A stretch of 64,000 nt of DNA, from NCBI GenBank assembly GCA_965243025.1, contig CBDETY010000003.1, positions 4,064,001 through 4,128,000 on the forward strand, in the 5' to 3' direction. The translations under genes and the position numbers were made by a program. The stretch's first letter is position 1. Every line of letters begins with the position of its first letter. Source of the DNA: Candidatus Latescibacterota bacterium (GTDB lineage Bacteria; Latescibacterota; UBA2968; UBA8231). This document shows positions 1 through 10,088 of this stretch, piece by piece. Below the pieces are notes generated by a model, which was not told the DNA's origin, ran no database searches, and saw only the letters and a list, made by a program, of their open reading frames with translations.

Positions 1-271
1 CGGCTCGCCGCCGGTACCCCATGCGGCACTCGTTGACGGCGATCTGCCTGAGCCAGGGAGCGAAGCGGTCGCCGGCCTCGAGGTTTCGCAGCTTCAGGAA
101 GGCCTTGATGAACGCCTCCTGAGCTGCATCCTCGGCCGCATCGAAGTCCCGCGTGCAGCTCAGGCAGAGGCCGAAAACCGCGTAGCGGTAGCGCTCCACC
201 AGGCGGGCAAAAGCCTGGACGTCTCCGCCGAGACTGGCCTCGACCAGATCCCTGTCGCTCGTCGTCGACAC
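1..271 (-). CDS. ECF-type RNA polymerase sigma factor, N-terminal part (runs off window)
   Basis: Manual translation from GTG at 271: MSTTSDRDLVEASLGGDVQAFARLVERYRYAVFGLCL..DAAEDAAQEAFIKAF..FAPWLRQIAVNECR (sigma70 region 2); purine-rich RBS-like sequence upstream. Confidence 0.85.
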   Translation of the reverse strand, partial: MSTTSDRDLVEASLGGDVQAFARLVERYRYAVFGLCLSCTRDFDAAEDAAQEAFIKAFLKLRNLEAGDRFAPWLRQIAVNECRMGYRRRA

Positions 272-546
272 GTCGGTTTTCCTGAACTCCTGAGTAAGAT
301 GCGCGAACAGCAGGGAACGTAACGCCCGAGCGTGATATAATTCTCGGGATGCTGTTCGAACGGTTTCCCCGCAGCCGGCAGCTTGCTCGAAGGGCAGATT
401 TCCCCGGCTTCGACTGAAGCCTGTATCAGCAGCCCGTTGAAAAAAAGTCCACCCTGGGTTGCGGCCGGCCGGGAACCCCCTTCCGCCGGTCCCGTTATTC
501 TGGTATCAGTCCGGCTTCGAGCTGTCGACCTCGACCAAGGCCGCAA

Positions 547-1314
547 TTGCGATTACTTCCGCTTTCACTGGTTGTCCTCTTCTCCGTCTCCCATCCCGCA
601 CCCGCCCAGCCGGGCGACAGCCTCATCGTCGGCGGCAAGCGGATGCTGCGGGCAGGGGTGAATGCCGGAAGCCTCGATTCCATGTACGCGGCCAGGGGGA
701 TGTTCGAGCGGGTCCTCGCCGATACCGGTCTGTCAGCCTGGGGCCACTACTACACCGCCCTGGCCGACCACAGCATCGTCAACTACCTGCTGGGGCGAAC
801 CGGCGACAGGGAACAGGCTTCCCGGCACCTGAAGTCCGCGGTCCATCACTTGCGGGAAGCCATCCGGCTCGATCCCCGGTCAGCCGAAGCCCACGCCCTG
901 ATGTCGAGCGCGTACGGAAGGCAGATCTCCCTGAACCCCGTCAAATGGATCTTCCTGGGCCGCAGAGTCGGCAAAGCCCTCGAAAAGGCCCGGGAGATCG
1001 CCCCGGACAACCCGCGCGTGGTGCTGTGCGCGGCCCTGAGCGATTACCACACTCCCCAGGTGTTGGGAGGAAGCAGGGAGAGGGGAATGCAGGGGTTCCG
1101 GCGGGCCGCGGAGCTGTTCGCCCTCGGAGCGCCGGCCGATCCCATCCGGCCGGAATGGGGGCACAGCCAGGCCTGGGCCTGGCTGGGGATCGCGCACAGG
1201 GACAGGGGTGAAACAGAGCTGGCGCGCGCGGCCTTTGAAAGGGCCCTGGAGATCAACCCCGAGTTCGGCTGGGTCAGGAACGGGTTGCTTTACGAGCTGG
1301 ATATAGGGAAGTAG
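547..1314 (+). CDS. Exported TPR-repeat protein
   Basis: Signal peptide; TPR-like helices (AIRLDPRSAEAHA, AWAWLGIAH..ARAAFERALEINP). Confidence 0.75.
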   Translation: MRLLPLSLVVLFSVSHPAPAQPGDSLIVGGKRMLRAGVNAGSLDSMYAARGMFERVLADTGLSAWGHYYTALADHSIVNYLLGRTGDREQASRHLKSAVHHLREAIRLDPRSAEAHALMSSAYGRQISLNPVKWIFLGRRVGKALEKAREIAPDNPRVVLCAALSDYHTPQVLGGSRERGMQGFRRAAELFALGAPADPIRPEWGHSQAWAWLGIAHRDRGETELARAAFERALEINPEFGWVRNGLLYELDIGK

Positions 1315-1429
1315 CCCCGGCGCGTGGTGCCGGGAGACCTGCGACCGCCCGGTCACGCAGATGAAACCCGTGCAAGAACAATCCGCAACTGGCGCCGGCG
1401 ATTGTCGCCATGAGCGCCCTCGTGCGCGC

Positions 1430-3988
1430 TCAGACGCCCGAATCGTCCAGCCCGGCCGCCTCGAGCATGGCGCGAACCTCCTCCACCGTCCTGCCCATCA
1501 CCGGAAGTTCCCAGCCCAGGCCGTCCCCGTTCGGAGTGAACCCCCCGCCGTCAACGTCGACCCAGATCGGATTGGTGTAGGCTACCGGCTTCATTCCGGC
1601 CTGCCAGCTGCTGCCGTATCCGACGGAGAGGTCGTGGCTTTCCCCGGTCGCCACCACGATGAGGTGGCTGTCCCTGCTGAGAGGAACGTCGATGTCGCGT
1701 TGGAACTTCACCACCCCGTCGTCGAACCAGTCGGGGTGGGACTGTCTGGTGAAGTTGACGTCCTCCCGCTGTCTGCCGTTTACCAGGACCTGGACGCGGT
1801 CGATGTCGATCCAGTCGGTGCACTGAACCTTCACCCGCAGGGTGACGGATCCCTGGGCCCGCGCGCTTCCCCCCGGCAGCACGCCGTCTCCGGTCGCCGC
1901 GGTGAGGAACGGACCGTTGGTGATCAGGACCCGTCCCGCCTTGGCGTTGCGCACGATCTCCTTCCAGTCGACGCCTGCCGGCCGGTCGCTGCTGCTGGTT
2001 ACGTAGCTCCGCCAGCCTCCGACGCCGTTTCCGTGCACCTTATGGGCGTCGGATACCGAGATGGCCGTGTAGCGGTGGCCGCGGTTGAGCAGCTGCAGCC
2101 AGATGAACTCGCGCCGGTGGCGCACCTGCTCCTCGCCGTTGCGCTCCCGGATTCGCCACGGCGAGCGCGCGAGTATCTCCTCGCCCCAGGCCTCGGCCCC
2201 GTCGATCAGCTCGGCCAACCCCCGGTAGCCGCCGTCCTCGCGGCCGTCCCGGTCGCGGTCGACGAAATCGAGGGAAATGTCGGGGTGGTTGAGATGCACC
2301 CAGCGTTCCGGCATGAGATCGGTCCAGTGGCGCTGGAAATCGCGCAGCACGATGGCGTTGACCCGGGGGTCGAACTGCCATTCGGGGGCGCCCCCGTCCT
2401 GGCCGTACGGGTCGGGCTCGTAGGGAAAGGCGTTCAGGTGGGCGCCCCGGCCCGTCAGCTCGATACCGGGAATGGTCACCAGCTCGTCCGCGAGACCCAG
2501 CTCCTCGATGAACGGCTGCCAGTCGAAAAGCCGGTTGTGCTCGGTCGTCGGCGCGAACTCGATCTGCTCGGCCGCCAGGTTGATCACGCGGTCCCGGGAA
2601 TGGGTCACGTTGTCTCCGCTCGGCGTCGAGTGATTGTGGAAATCGGTGCTGATCCAGCCCCGCGTATCGACGAGGCGGCGCAGCTTCGCTTTCACGAGTT
2701 CGGTCCGGCCGGGGCGCAGGCTCACCTCTTTCGCCAGGTGGGAAAACTCGATGCCGCGCGTCACCACCACCCGGTAGTCTCCCGGGGCGACCGGCACTTC
2801 GAACCGGCCGCTTTCGGAGTGATACTGATCGAGGCAGCCGTGCGCGCGCGTGGCCGGTCCGAGATCGGGGGAGGCGGTCCCGTCGATGCCGATGAACTGC
2901 ACCTTGCAGGGAATGCCCTCGCCGCTGCCGTCGCGAACGTCGAAAGCGATGACCGAGGCCCGGTCCATTTCGAGACCGAGCGACCGCGTGTCGCCCGCCC
3001 CGAGCTCCAGGGATTCCGAGACCGCGGAACGCCCCATATCGCTTGCCGAGACCTGGTAGGACCCGGGCGGCAGCTGCAGGCGGAACGTTCCGCCGGCGTC
3101 CGGATAGGCGGTCAGCGTGTCGCCCGCGCCGGTGATCTCGACCCGCGCCGAGGGAACCGGCTCTCCCCGCGGACCGGTGACCGATCCCGTTACCGAGCCG
3201 GTGGCTCCCTGACGCCCGGCCACCAGCCCGAAAGCTTCCGCGGGCGAGCCACCCACGGCGAGGAAGCGCTCGAAGGAGACCTCTTCCCCGGGCTGCAGCT
3301 CGAGCGTATCCGGTGGAGATTCCCCGATCCAGCCGAATGCGTACCCCACCTTGTCGGCCGGGTCGATGGCGTCGGCGACGGTGTTTCCCCCCGCCTTGCG
3401 AACGTCGGCCAGCCAGTGAATGCGGTCGGCAGTGGCAACCCTGTGAGTGGAATCGGCCTGATTGCGGAACGCCGTCTCGATGAGCAGCCCCTGCCATCCG
3501 TCCCGAAGCCGGAAGAGATGGCGCTTGTACAACCCGCGGTTTCCCGCCGCGGAAACAACGGTTTCGATACTCGCCCCGTCCGCCGACCCTGCGAGGATGC
3601 GGACGTGGCTGACGCCACCCTCCTGGTTCGAGGGAGCAAACAGGGTGAGCTGGTCGTTGCCCGACCCCCGCAGCGCCAGGTCGTACACGCAGCCCGGGGT
3701 AATCGCATTCCAGTTCGTTCCAAAGTTCGCCTTGCGCTTGGGCAGATCGCCCGAGATGGTCGCCTCTATCAAGTCGTTGCGCAGCACGAAATCGCCGCGG
3801 ATCCCGTCCGCCTCCTTGCCGCCGGGAAGCTCCTCCGTGTTGGCCTCGCCGATCTCGAAAGCCTCGGTGAGAGCAGCCGCGGGGCGGACGAAGAGAAGGG
3901 ATGGCAGCAGGATCAGCACCGCGGCGGGAAGGCATGCCTGGTGCGCGATGATCCGGAGCAAGGGTTTCCAGAAATGGAGTGCGGGCAT
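1430..3988 (-). CDS. CehA/McbA-like PHP-domain metallohydrolase with carboxypeptidase-regulatory-like domains
   Basis: GWISTDFHNHS, TTEHN, HLNHP and SDAH metal motifs; C-terminal AYTNPIWVD; start codon uncertain. Confidence 0.75.
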   Translation of the reverse strand: MPALHFWKPLLRIIAHQACLPAAVLILLPSLLFVRPAAALTEAFEIGEANTEELPGGKEADGIRGDFVLRNDLIEATISGDLPKRKANFGTNWNAITPGCVYDLALRGSGNDQLTLFAPSNQEGGVSHVRILAGSADGASIETVVSAAGNRGLYKRHLFRLRDGWQGLLIETAFRNQADSTHRVATADRIHWLADVRKAGGNTVADAIDPADKVGYAFGWIGESPPDTLELQPGEEVSFERFLAVGGSPAEAFGLVAGRQGATGSVTGSVTGPRGEPVPSARVEITGAGDTLTAYPDAGGTFRLQLPPGSYQVSASDMGRSAVSESLELGAGDTRSLGLEMDRASVIAFDVRDGSGEGIPCKVQFIGIDGTASPDLGPATRAHGCLDQYHSESGRFEVPVAPGDYRVVVTRGIEFSHLAKEVSLRPGRTELVKAKLRRLVDTRGWISTDFHNHSTPSGDNVTHSRDRVINLAAEQIEFAPTTEHNRLFDWQPFIEELGLADELVTIPGIELTGRGAHLNAFPYEPDPYGQDGGAPEWQFDPRVNAIVLRDFQRHWTDLMPERWVHLNHPDISLDFVDRDRDGREDGGYRGLAELIDGAEAWGEEILARSPWRIRERNGEEQVRHRREFIWLQLLNRGHRYTAISVSDAHKVHGNGVGGWRSYVTSSSDRPAGVDWKEIVRNAKAGRVLITNGPFLTAATGDGVLPGGSARAQGSVTLRVKVQCTDWIDIDRVQVLVNGRQREDVNFTRQSHPDWFDDGVVKFQRDIDVPLSRDSHLIVVATGESHDLSVGYGSSWQAGMKPVAYTNPIWVDVDGGGFTPNGDGLGWELPVMGRTVEEVRAMLEAAGLDDSGV

Positions 3989-4266
3989 GGTCGGCCTCGT
4001 AATCGGGGTGGATGTGCGTTGGTGCAGTTGATGGTCGGAAGCGGCCTGCACCATGGCAAGCGGAAAACAATCTCGAAGAATCCCGGCATCCCCTGCCGCC
4101 TGATGGTGGCGGAACGCCCCTGGCGGTTCCACCCCAGAGGCAGTTACTCGCGCATCATGCCGCGCTCATGAGAAGCAGGCCTGGGAGAATCCATTGCCGG
4201 TGGTTTGTGATTACTATATTTCCGGAAGAAGTGAATGAAAAAAGCAAATTTTACAGGATAAGAATC

Positions 4267-4491
4267 ATGACTATTCTGACAGATCGTATCACCGTAAATC
4301 CAAAGCAGTGCGGGGGGCGACCCTGTATTCGAGGTATGCGGATTCGCGTCACGGATGTGCTGGATTTACTCGCCCACGACGCGACCATCGAACAGATCCT
4401 GGCTGAACATCCCGACCTTGAATCCGAGGATATCCGCGCCTGTCTTCGCTTCGCCAGTGAGCGGCTCAACCATCCCGTAATTGCTGCATGA
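4267..4491 (+). CDS. DUF433 antitoxin-like protein
   Basis: RITVNPKQCGGRPCIRGMRIRV..LESEDIRACLRFA motif. Confidence 0.9.
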   Translation: MTILTDRITVNPKQCGGRPCIRGMRIRVTDVLDLLAHDATIEQILAEHPDLESEDIRACLRFASERLNHPVIAA

Positions 4492-4829
4492 CCCTTTGGC
4501 TCGACGCTCACATTTCCCCGAGACTCGTCCCCTGGATTCGCGATTCCTCAGGCATGGATGTTATCCATGTGCGCGACCTGGGTCTCAGGGAGGCTGAGGA
4601 TCTCGATGTTTTCAATTCAGCGCGGGAAGCTGACGCGATTGTGATAACCAAGGATCGGGACTTTGTCGAGCTGTTGGGACGTCTGGGATCACCCCCGAAA
4701 GTAATCTGGATTACCTGCGGAAATACTTCTAATGCACGGTTGACCACGATCTTGTCGAAAACCCTTCCGGATGCACTGGAGTTGGTAACCAAGGGGGAGA
4801 TTCTGGTTGAAATCCGCGAGGCGGGTTGA
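4488..4829 (+). CDS. DUF5615 PIN-like toxin
   Basis: LWLDAHIS, ITKDRDF, PPKVIWITCGN; ATGA overlap with DUF433 gene. Confidence 0.85.
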   Translation: MTLWLDAHISPRLVPWIRDSSGMDVIHVRDLGLREAEDLDVFNSAREADAIVITKDRDFVELLGRLGSPPKVIWITCGNTSNARLTTILSKTLPDALELVTKGEILVEIREAG

Positions 4830-4915
4830 CCGAGAGATTTGTTGAGCCCCGTAATCATGCCGCTGGCGAGATCAGCAGACTGTCCGCGTCGCGAAGGCAC
4901 ATAATCTGACCCTGC

Positions 4916-6031
4916 ATGAATCTCTTTGCAGGAGACGATTGTGTCGTTCTACGAGATACGGCGCGCCCGAGCATAGGCGTGTTCCCGTCCATCTTTCGCC
5001 ACTCCGCGACTGCGGCCCTGGCGCTGGCGGCGTTCGCCTGCGGGGAGCTGCCGACCGAGCCGCCGGCTCCGGCGCCCCCCGGATCGTTCACCGCTCTCCA
5101 CGTCGAGGGGAACCGCATCGTCGACGCCAACGGCGCCGACAGGATCCTGCGGGGGGTGGCCGTCGTCGATCCGCTGGTCGGCCGCGCTTCCCGCTACGGC
5201 CCCAACCCCAGCGAGCGGGAGATCGAAACCCTGGCGGTCGAGTGGAACGCCGGCATCGTCCGCGTGCCGATGCATCCCGACCTGATGTTACACAATCCCG
5301 ATTACCTGCGGGATCACGTCGATCCACTGGTCGAGTGGGCGGGGGAACGGGAGCTCTACCTGCTGCTGGGGTACCACGCCCACGGCAACCCGCTGACCGG
5401 AGAGGTCGAGGATACCCCCTGGGGCTCTACCCCGCCCTGGAACGGCAACCCCTACAACCCCGACCTCGGGCTGGCGCTCGCCTTCAATGCCGAGATCGCC
5501 GCCCGCTACCGCGACAGGCCGTGGGTCCTCTACAGCGTCTTCAACGAGCCGGCCTACATCTCCTGGAGGGACTGGCGCCCGGTGGCCGAACAGCTCGTCG
5601 ACGCGGTGCGGGACCACCACCCCGAGGCCCTGATCCTGGTCTCCGGCGTCGACTTCGCCAGCGAGCTGGACGGCGCGCTCTCCGACCCGGTGCGCCGCGA
5701 CGGCATCGTCTACGAGATCCACCCCTACCCCTGGGTCGGAGAGTCCTGGAAGAGGGTGGTCTCCGAGCTGTCGGCGACCTTTCCGGTGTTTCTCGGGGAA
5801 TGGGGATTCGGCGCCGGACACCCGGCGAACATGCGCAGGTACGGGGAGGCCCTGGTCCGCTACTGCGAGGAGCTTGGGCTCGGCTGGACCGCCTGGATCT
5901 GGGACCACTCCTGGACCCCGAGCATGTTCACCTCCTGGAGACGCACCAGGCTCACCCCTTTCGGGGCCCTGGTGAAGCGGGCCCTGGCGCCCGCAGAACC
6001 GCTGTCATTCCACTCCGGCGGGGACGGTTAG
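4916..6031 (+). CDS. Glycoside hydrolase family 5 (cellulase-like) lipoprotein
   Basis: LHVEGNRIVD..LRGV, FNEP acid/base, YEIHPY, FLGEWG nucleophile, GWTAW; lipobox-like LAAFAC; start uncertain. Confidence 0.85.
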   Translation: MNLFAGDDCVVLRDTARPSIGVFPSIFRHSATAALALAAFACGELPTEPPAPAPPGSFTALHVEGNRIVDANGADRILRGVAVVDPLVGRASRYGPNPSEREIETLAVEWNAGIVRVPMHPDLMLHNPDYLRDHVDPLVEWAGERELYLLLGYHAHGNPLTGEVEDTPWGSTPPWNGNPYNPDLGLALAFNAEIAARYRDRPWVLYSVFNEPAYISWRDWRPVAEQLVDAVRDHHPEALILVSGVDFASELDGALSDPVRRDGIVYEIHPYPWVGESWKRVVSELSATFPVFLGEWGFGAGHPANMRRYGEALVRYCEELGLGWTAWIWDHSWTPSMFTSWRRTRLTPFGALVKRALAPAEPLSFHSGGDG

Positions 6032-6565
6032 CTTTCTCAGGACAATCGCGTGGCCTCCGAACAACTGGTTGGGCGCGGAGGAGGACAGGAAGGAGAGCAG
6101 GGTGTCGGAGGGGCTCGCCAGGACCACTTCCGTCTCTCCTGATTCCTTCTTTACCTGTCCGCGCAGCTGCCCGGCGGCGATGGCGCGCTCGAACTCCTCG
6201 GTCGGCTCAAGGAGGAGGACCAGATCCCCGTTGGTTGCGAAGTCGTAGTTCAGCAACTCCCAGAAAGGAATTTCGTCGTCATCGAACCCCAGGCTCGCGT
6301 AACGGCCCTCTCCCGCGTGGGCGACGACGAACTCGCCGCGGCTGACGCGGAACTCGCCATTCTTCCATTCCAAAATTGCCATCCGGCCGACGTTGTCTTC
6401 GCCGAACTTCAGGTGGATGATGTCGTCCTCGAAGAGCCACGCCCCTTCGAGCCGGTCCTTGTCGAGCGCCTCGGGACGGTCCGTCACCGGGTGCTCCGTC
6501 TTCACCGACGAGCAGCCCGCGGCTGCCACGGCCAGGATCGCCAGCCAACGGCTTTTTGCGGTCAT
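6005..6565 (-). CDS. Hypothetical lipoprotein
   Basis: MTAKSRWLAILAVAAAGC lipobox; GGGAG RBS. Confidence 0.65.
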   Translation of the reverse strand: MTAKSRWLAILAVAAAGCSSVKTEHPVTDRPEALDKDRLEGAWLFEDDIIHLKFGEDNVGRMAILEWKNGEFRVSRGEFVVAHAGEGRYASLGFDDDEIPFWELLNYDFATNGDLVLLLEPTEEFERAIAAGQLRGQVKKESGETEVVLASPSDTLLSFLSSSAPNQLFGGHAIVLRKLTVPAGVE

Positions 6566-6770
6566 GTCACTCCCTCCCGTTTTTGCGATATTGTGCCCTG
6601 TCAGCCCGCTGAAAGAGTCCAAACCGGGCCGCGGCCGGCCCTGACGTTCGAAATACGGCGTCCGGGTTCGACCGCCATGAACCCGGCCTCCTCCCCAGAC
6701 TTTCAACCGGCCATTTCGAGACGTTCGAGTTCGCCTCGAGTTCAATAAACAGACCAGGGTGCACCCCCGC

Positions 6771-7556
6771 ATGAGCTGGAAAATCGAAACCACCGTCAGC
6801 GACGAGCAGGTCCGCTTCTACCGGGAAAACGGCTACCTGACCTTCGGGCGCATCTTCACCGAGCCGGAGCTGGATGAGCTGCGCGACTACGTCGGCGGAA
6901 TGATCGCCGCCCTGCCGCCGGAGCGGCGGCCCGAAAGCCTCGACGTCCCCCACTTCGAGCACCCGTTCCTGTTTCGATACCTCACCCACCCGCGGGTGCT
7001 CGACGTCATCGAGCGCTTCATCGGGCCCGACATCGTGCTCTGGTCCAGCCATTTCATCAGCAAGCGCCGCGACGACGGCCTCGCCGTGCCCTGGCACCAG
7101 GACGGCGTCTACTGGGGGGACCGGCTGCAGCCGATGAAGGTGATCACCATGTGGCTGGCGGTCGACGAGTCCCGCGTCGAGAACGGCTGCATGCGCGTCG
7201 TGGCCGGCAGTCACCGCCGCCGCGGGCTGGCCTACGAGGAGATTCGCGAGGAAGGGTACCTGTTCGGGAGGGAGGTAGCCGGCGGGGAGGTCGACGAAGC
7301 CGACGTCGTCGACCTGGAGCTGCGGCAGGGGGAGAGCCACTTCCACGACGCCTTCACCCTGCACGCCTCCAATGCCAACCGCTCCGCGGAAAGGCGTTGC
7401 GGATACACCATGCGCTACTTCCCCGCCGGCGTGCGCCACCACCATCCACCCGGCAACGCCCGGAACCACTACATATACCTGGTGCGGGGAGAGGACCGTT
7501 CCGGCGGTCACAACCAGTACGCCCCGGTGCCGGCAATCGAAGAGAGGACAGCATGA
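6771..7556 (+). CDS. Phytanoyl-CoA dioxygenase (PhyH) family protein
   Basis: FYRENGYL, PWHQD, ENGCMRVVAGSH, TLHAS..N.S..RR. Confidence 0.9.
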   Translation: MSWKIETTVSDEQVRFYRENGYLTFGRIFTEPELDELRDYVGGMIAALPPERRPESLDVPHFEHPFLFRYLTHPRVLDVIERFIGPDIVLWSSHFISKRRDDGLAVPWHQDGVYWGDRLQPMKVITMWLAVDESRVENGCMRVVAGSHRRRGLAYEEIREEGYLFGREVAGGEVDEADVVDLELRQGESHFHDAFTLHASNANRSAERRCGYTMRYFPAGVRHHHPPGNARNHYIYLVRGEDRSGGHNQYAPVPAIEERTA

Positions 7557-8395
7557 GCGAGGACCCGCTGCGCATTCTCGTCGTCGTCGCCCACCCGCAC
7601 GACTTCACCCACTGCGCCGCCACCTGCGGCATTCACGCCGCCCGCGGCGACTCGGTCACCGTGGTCACCGTCACCAGCGGCGCCCAGACCCACAACGAGC
7701 GGCTCCACGACGAGCTGATGAAACCGGAGGCGGAGCGCGATTCGGAGGTGGTCGGCCAGAGCCCGGAGGAGTACGCCGAGGTCAAGGCGGCCGAGGTCCG
7801 GCGCGTCTGCGCGCTCTTCGGGGTCACCGACGTGCGCATCATGCAGTGGCCGCAGCCGTTCCGCATCGAGAACTGCCCCGGGGTCGTCGTCGACCTGAGA
7901 CAGGTCTTCTACGACGTGCGCCCGCACGTCCTGCTCACCCAGAAGCCCTACTACAACGCGCGCAACGGCATGGCCCTCATGTCCCGCGACGACCACAACG
8001 AAACCGCGATCGCCGTCCTCGAGGCGCGCGGCCTCGCCTCGATGCCCAACTACCAGACCCGGCAAAGGCCCCACACGACCGCGGCGACCTACTACCTCGG
8101 CGTCTACTTCACCCGCGAGGAGATCGACTTCTACGTCGACATCACCGAATGGCGCGACAAGCGCATCGAGGCGGAGGTGATGTTCGAGAGCCAGGGCCAG
8201 TTCGAGGAGTTCGCCCGCAAGCGGGTGGAGATCGGGGCGGGAAGCGCCGGCTGGCACGCCCACGTCGGCTACGCCGAAGCCTTCGTCCGCGCCGAGGCCG
8301 AGGTGCTGTCGGAGCTGCGCGTTCCCGAGATGGCGCTCCGCCGGGCGGAAGAACCGCGCGAAACCGGGCTGCGGCGCATGGCCGGGCTGCCGTGA
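7553..8395 (+). CDS. PIG-L/LmbE family deacetylase
   Basis: LVVVAHPHD, DDH, YVDIT, YAEAF motifs. Confidence 0.8.
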   Translation: MSEDPLRILVVVAHPHDFTHCAATCGIHAARGDSVTVVTVTSGAQTHNERLHDELMKPEAERDSEVVGQSPEEYAEVKAAEVRRVCALFGVTDVRIMQWPQPFRIENCPGVVVDLRQVFYDVRPHVLLTQKPYYNARNGMALMSRDDHNETAIAVLEARGLASMPNYQTRQRPHTTAATYYLGVYFTREEIDFYVDITEWRDKRIEAEVMFESQGQFEEFARKRVEIGAGSAGWHAHVGYAEAFVRAEAEVLSELRVPEMALRRAEEPRETGLRRMAGLP

Positions 8396-8619
8396 TGAGG
8401 CTGATCCAGCGCCTGGAATTCCGGAAACTTCAAGCCTTCCGTTGAACGCACGTCGGGCGGGATCCTTCGACCCCCCTCACCGGTCTGAACAGCTGCGGCA
8501 GGACCGCGGGAATCCAGGCGGTCGGGAGCAAGGCCCGAAGAACGGGAACGGGGTGACGGGAGCCGGGCCCGGAGATCTCCGCTCCGTTCCCCGGGGGAAC
8601 CTTCAGTGAGGAGGCGAAC

Positions 8620-9981
8620 ATGACAGACAGCAGGAAATCCAATCCGGAGCTCGCGAGGTTCATGGAGGGCCTGGAGGTCCGCAACCCGGGAGAGGTGGAG
8701 TTCCACCAGGCGGTCCGCGAGGTCGCAGAGACGCTGATCCCCTACATCGACCGCCACCCCGTCTACCGGAAGTACCGCATCCTCGAGCGCATGACGGAGC
8801 CGGACCGGATCGTCTCCTTCCGCGTCTCCTGGCAAGACGACGCCGGCGAGATCCGCGTCAACCGCGGCTACCGCGTGCAGATGAACAACGCCATCGGCCC
8901 GTACAAGGGCGGGCTGCGCTTCTCGCACACCGTGACCCCGAGCGTCCTCAAGTTCCTCGCCTTCGAGCAGACCTTCAAGAACAGCCTGACCGGCCTGCCG
9001 ATGGGGGCCGGCAAGGGGGGCGCCAACTTCAATCCCAAGGGGAAGTCCGACGAAGAGGTGATGCGCTTCTGCCAGGCCTTCATGTCCGAGCTTTACCGCC
9101 ACGTCGGTTCCCACGTCGACGTTCCCGCCGGCGACATCGGCGTCGGGGCGCGCGAGATCGGCTTCATGTTCGGCCAGTACAAGCGCATCACCGGGGCCTT
9201 CGAGGGGGTGCTCACCGGCAAGGGGCTCGAGTTCGGGGGCAGCCTGATCCGCAGCGAGGCGACCGGGTTCGGGGCGGTGCTGTTCCTGTCGCACATGCTC
9301 GCCGAGGCCGGCGAGGGGATCGAGGGGCTGCGCGCCAACATCTCCGGTTCGGGCAACGTCTCGCTGCACGCCGCCGAGAAGCTGATCCAGTTCGGGGGGA
9401 AGGTGCAGACGCTGTCCGACACGGGGGGCTTCGTGCACGACGCGGACGGCATCGACGAGGAGAAGCTCGCCTTCCTCAAGGAGCTCAAGGAGGTCCGCCG
9501 CGGGCGCATCTCGGAGTACGCCGAGGCCTACCCGGGGGTCGCCTACCACGAGGGGGCCAGGCCCTGGGGCGTCCCGTGCGACGCCGCCCTTCCGTGCGCC
9601 ACCCAGAACGAGCTGTCGGCCGAGGATGCCGGGGCGCTGATCGGCAACGGCGCGCGCGCCGTCTGCGAGGGGGCCAACATGCCGAGCGAGTCGGAGGCGG
9701 TCGAGCTGTTCCGCGAGGCAGGGGTGCTGTTCGGTCCGGGGAAGGCGGCCAACGCCGGCGGCGTCGCCGTCTCCGGTCTCGAGATGAGCCAGAACTCCGC
9801 CCGCCTCTCGTGGACCCTCGAGGACATGGAGCGGCAGCTCGAGCAGATCATGGCCGACATCCACGGCCGCTGCGCCGGGCACGGCCGCGGCGACGACGGA
9901 CGCATCGACTACCTCGCCGGGGCCAACATCGCGGGCTTCCGCAAGGTCGCCGACGCCATGCTCGCCTTCGGCATCGTCTGA
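8620..9981 (+). CDS. gdhA: NADP-specific glutamate dehydrogenase
   Basis: GPYKGGLRF, LKFLAFEQTFKNSLTGLPMGAGKGG, DVPAGDIGVG, GKAANAGGVA. Confidence 0.97.
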   Translation: MTDSRKSNPELARFMEGLEVRNPGEVEFHQAVREVAETLIPYIDRHPVYRKYRILERMTEPDRIVSFRVSWQDDAGEIRVNRGYRVQMNNAIGPYKGGLRFSHTVTPSVLKFLAFEQTFKNSLTGLPMGAGKGGANFNPKGKSDEEVMRFCQAFMSELYRHVGSHVDVPAGDIGVGAREIGFMFGQYKRITGAFEGVLTGKGLEFGGSLIRSEATGFGAVLFLSHMLAEAGEGIEGLRANISGSGNVSLHAAEKLIQFGGKVQTLSDTGGFVHDADGIDEEKLAFLKELKEVRRGRISEYAEAYPGVAYHEGARPWGVPCDAALPCATQNELSAEDAGALIGNGARAVCEGANMPSESEAVELFREAGVLFGPGKAANAGGVAVSGLEMSQNSARLSWTLEDMERQLEQIMADIHGRCAGHGRGDDGRIDYLAGANIAGFRKVADAMLAFGIV

Positions 9982-10088
9982 GACTGGTTTGCCAGCCGGA
10001 TCCCCGGGGTTGCCGACGCGCGGGCATACCGCGCAACATATGCCAGACCCGCCCGGGCAAGCATGCCCGGCCAGAAAAAGGAGATGAC

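Noticed and set aside
1361-4171. Long antisense ORFs (also 8269-10188, 12273-14444, 31616-33199, 58845-60551, 60503-62602)
   Set aside because: Shadows of real genes caused by high GC; no recognisable motifs
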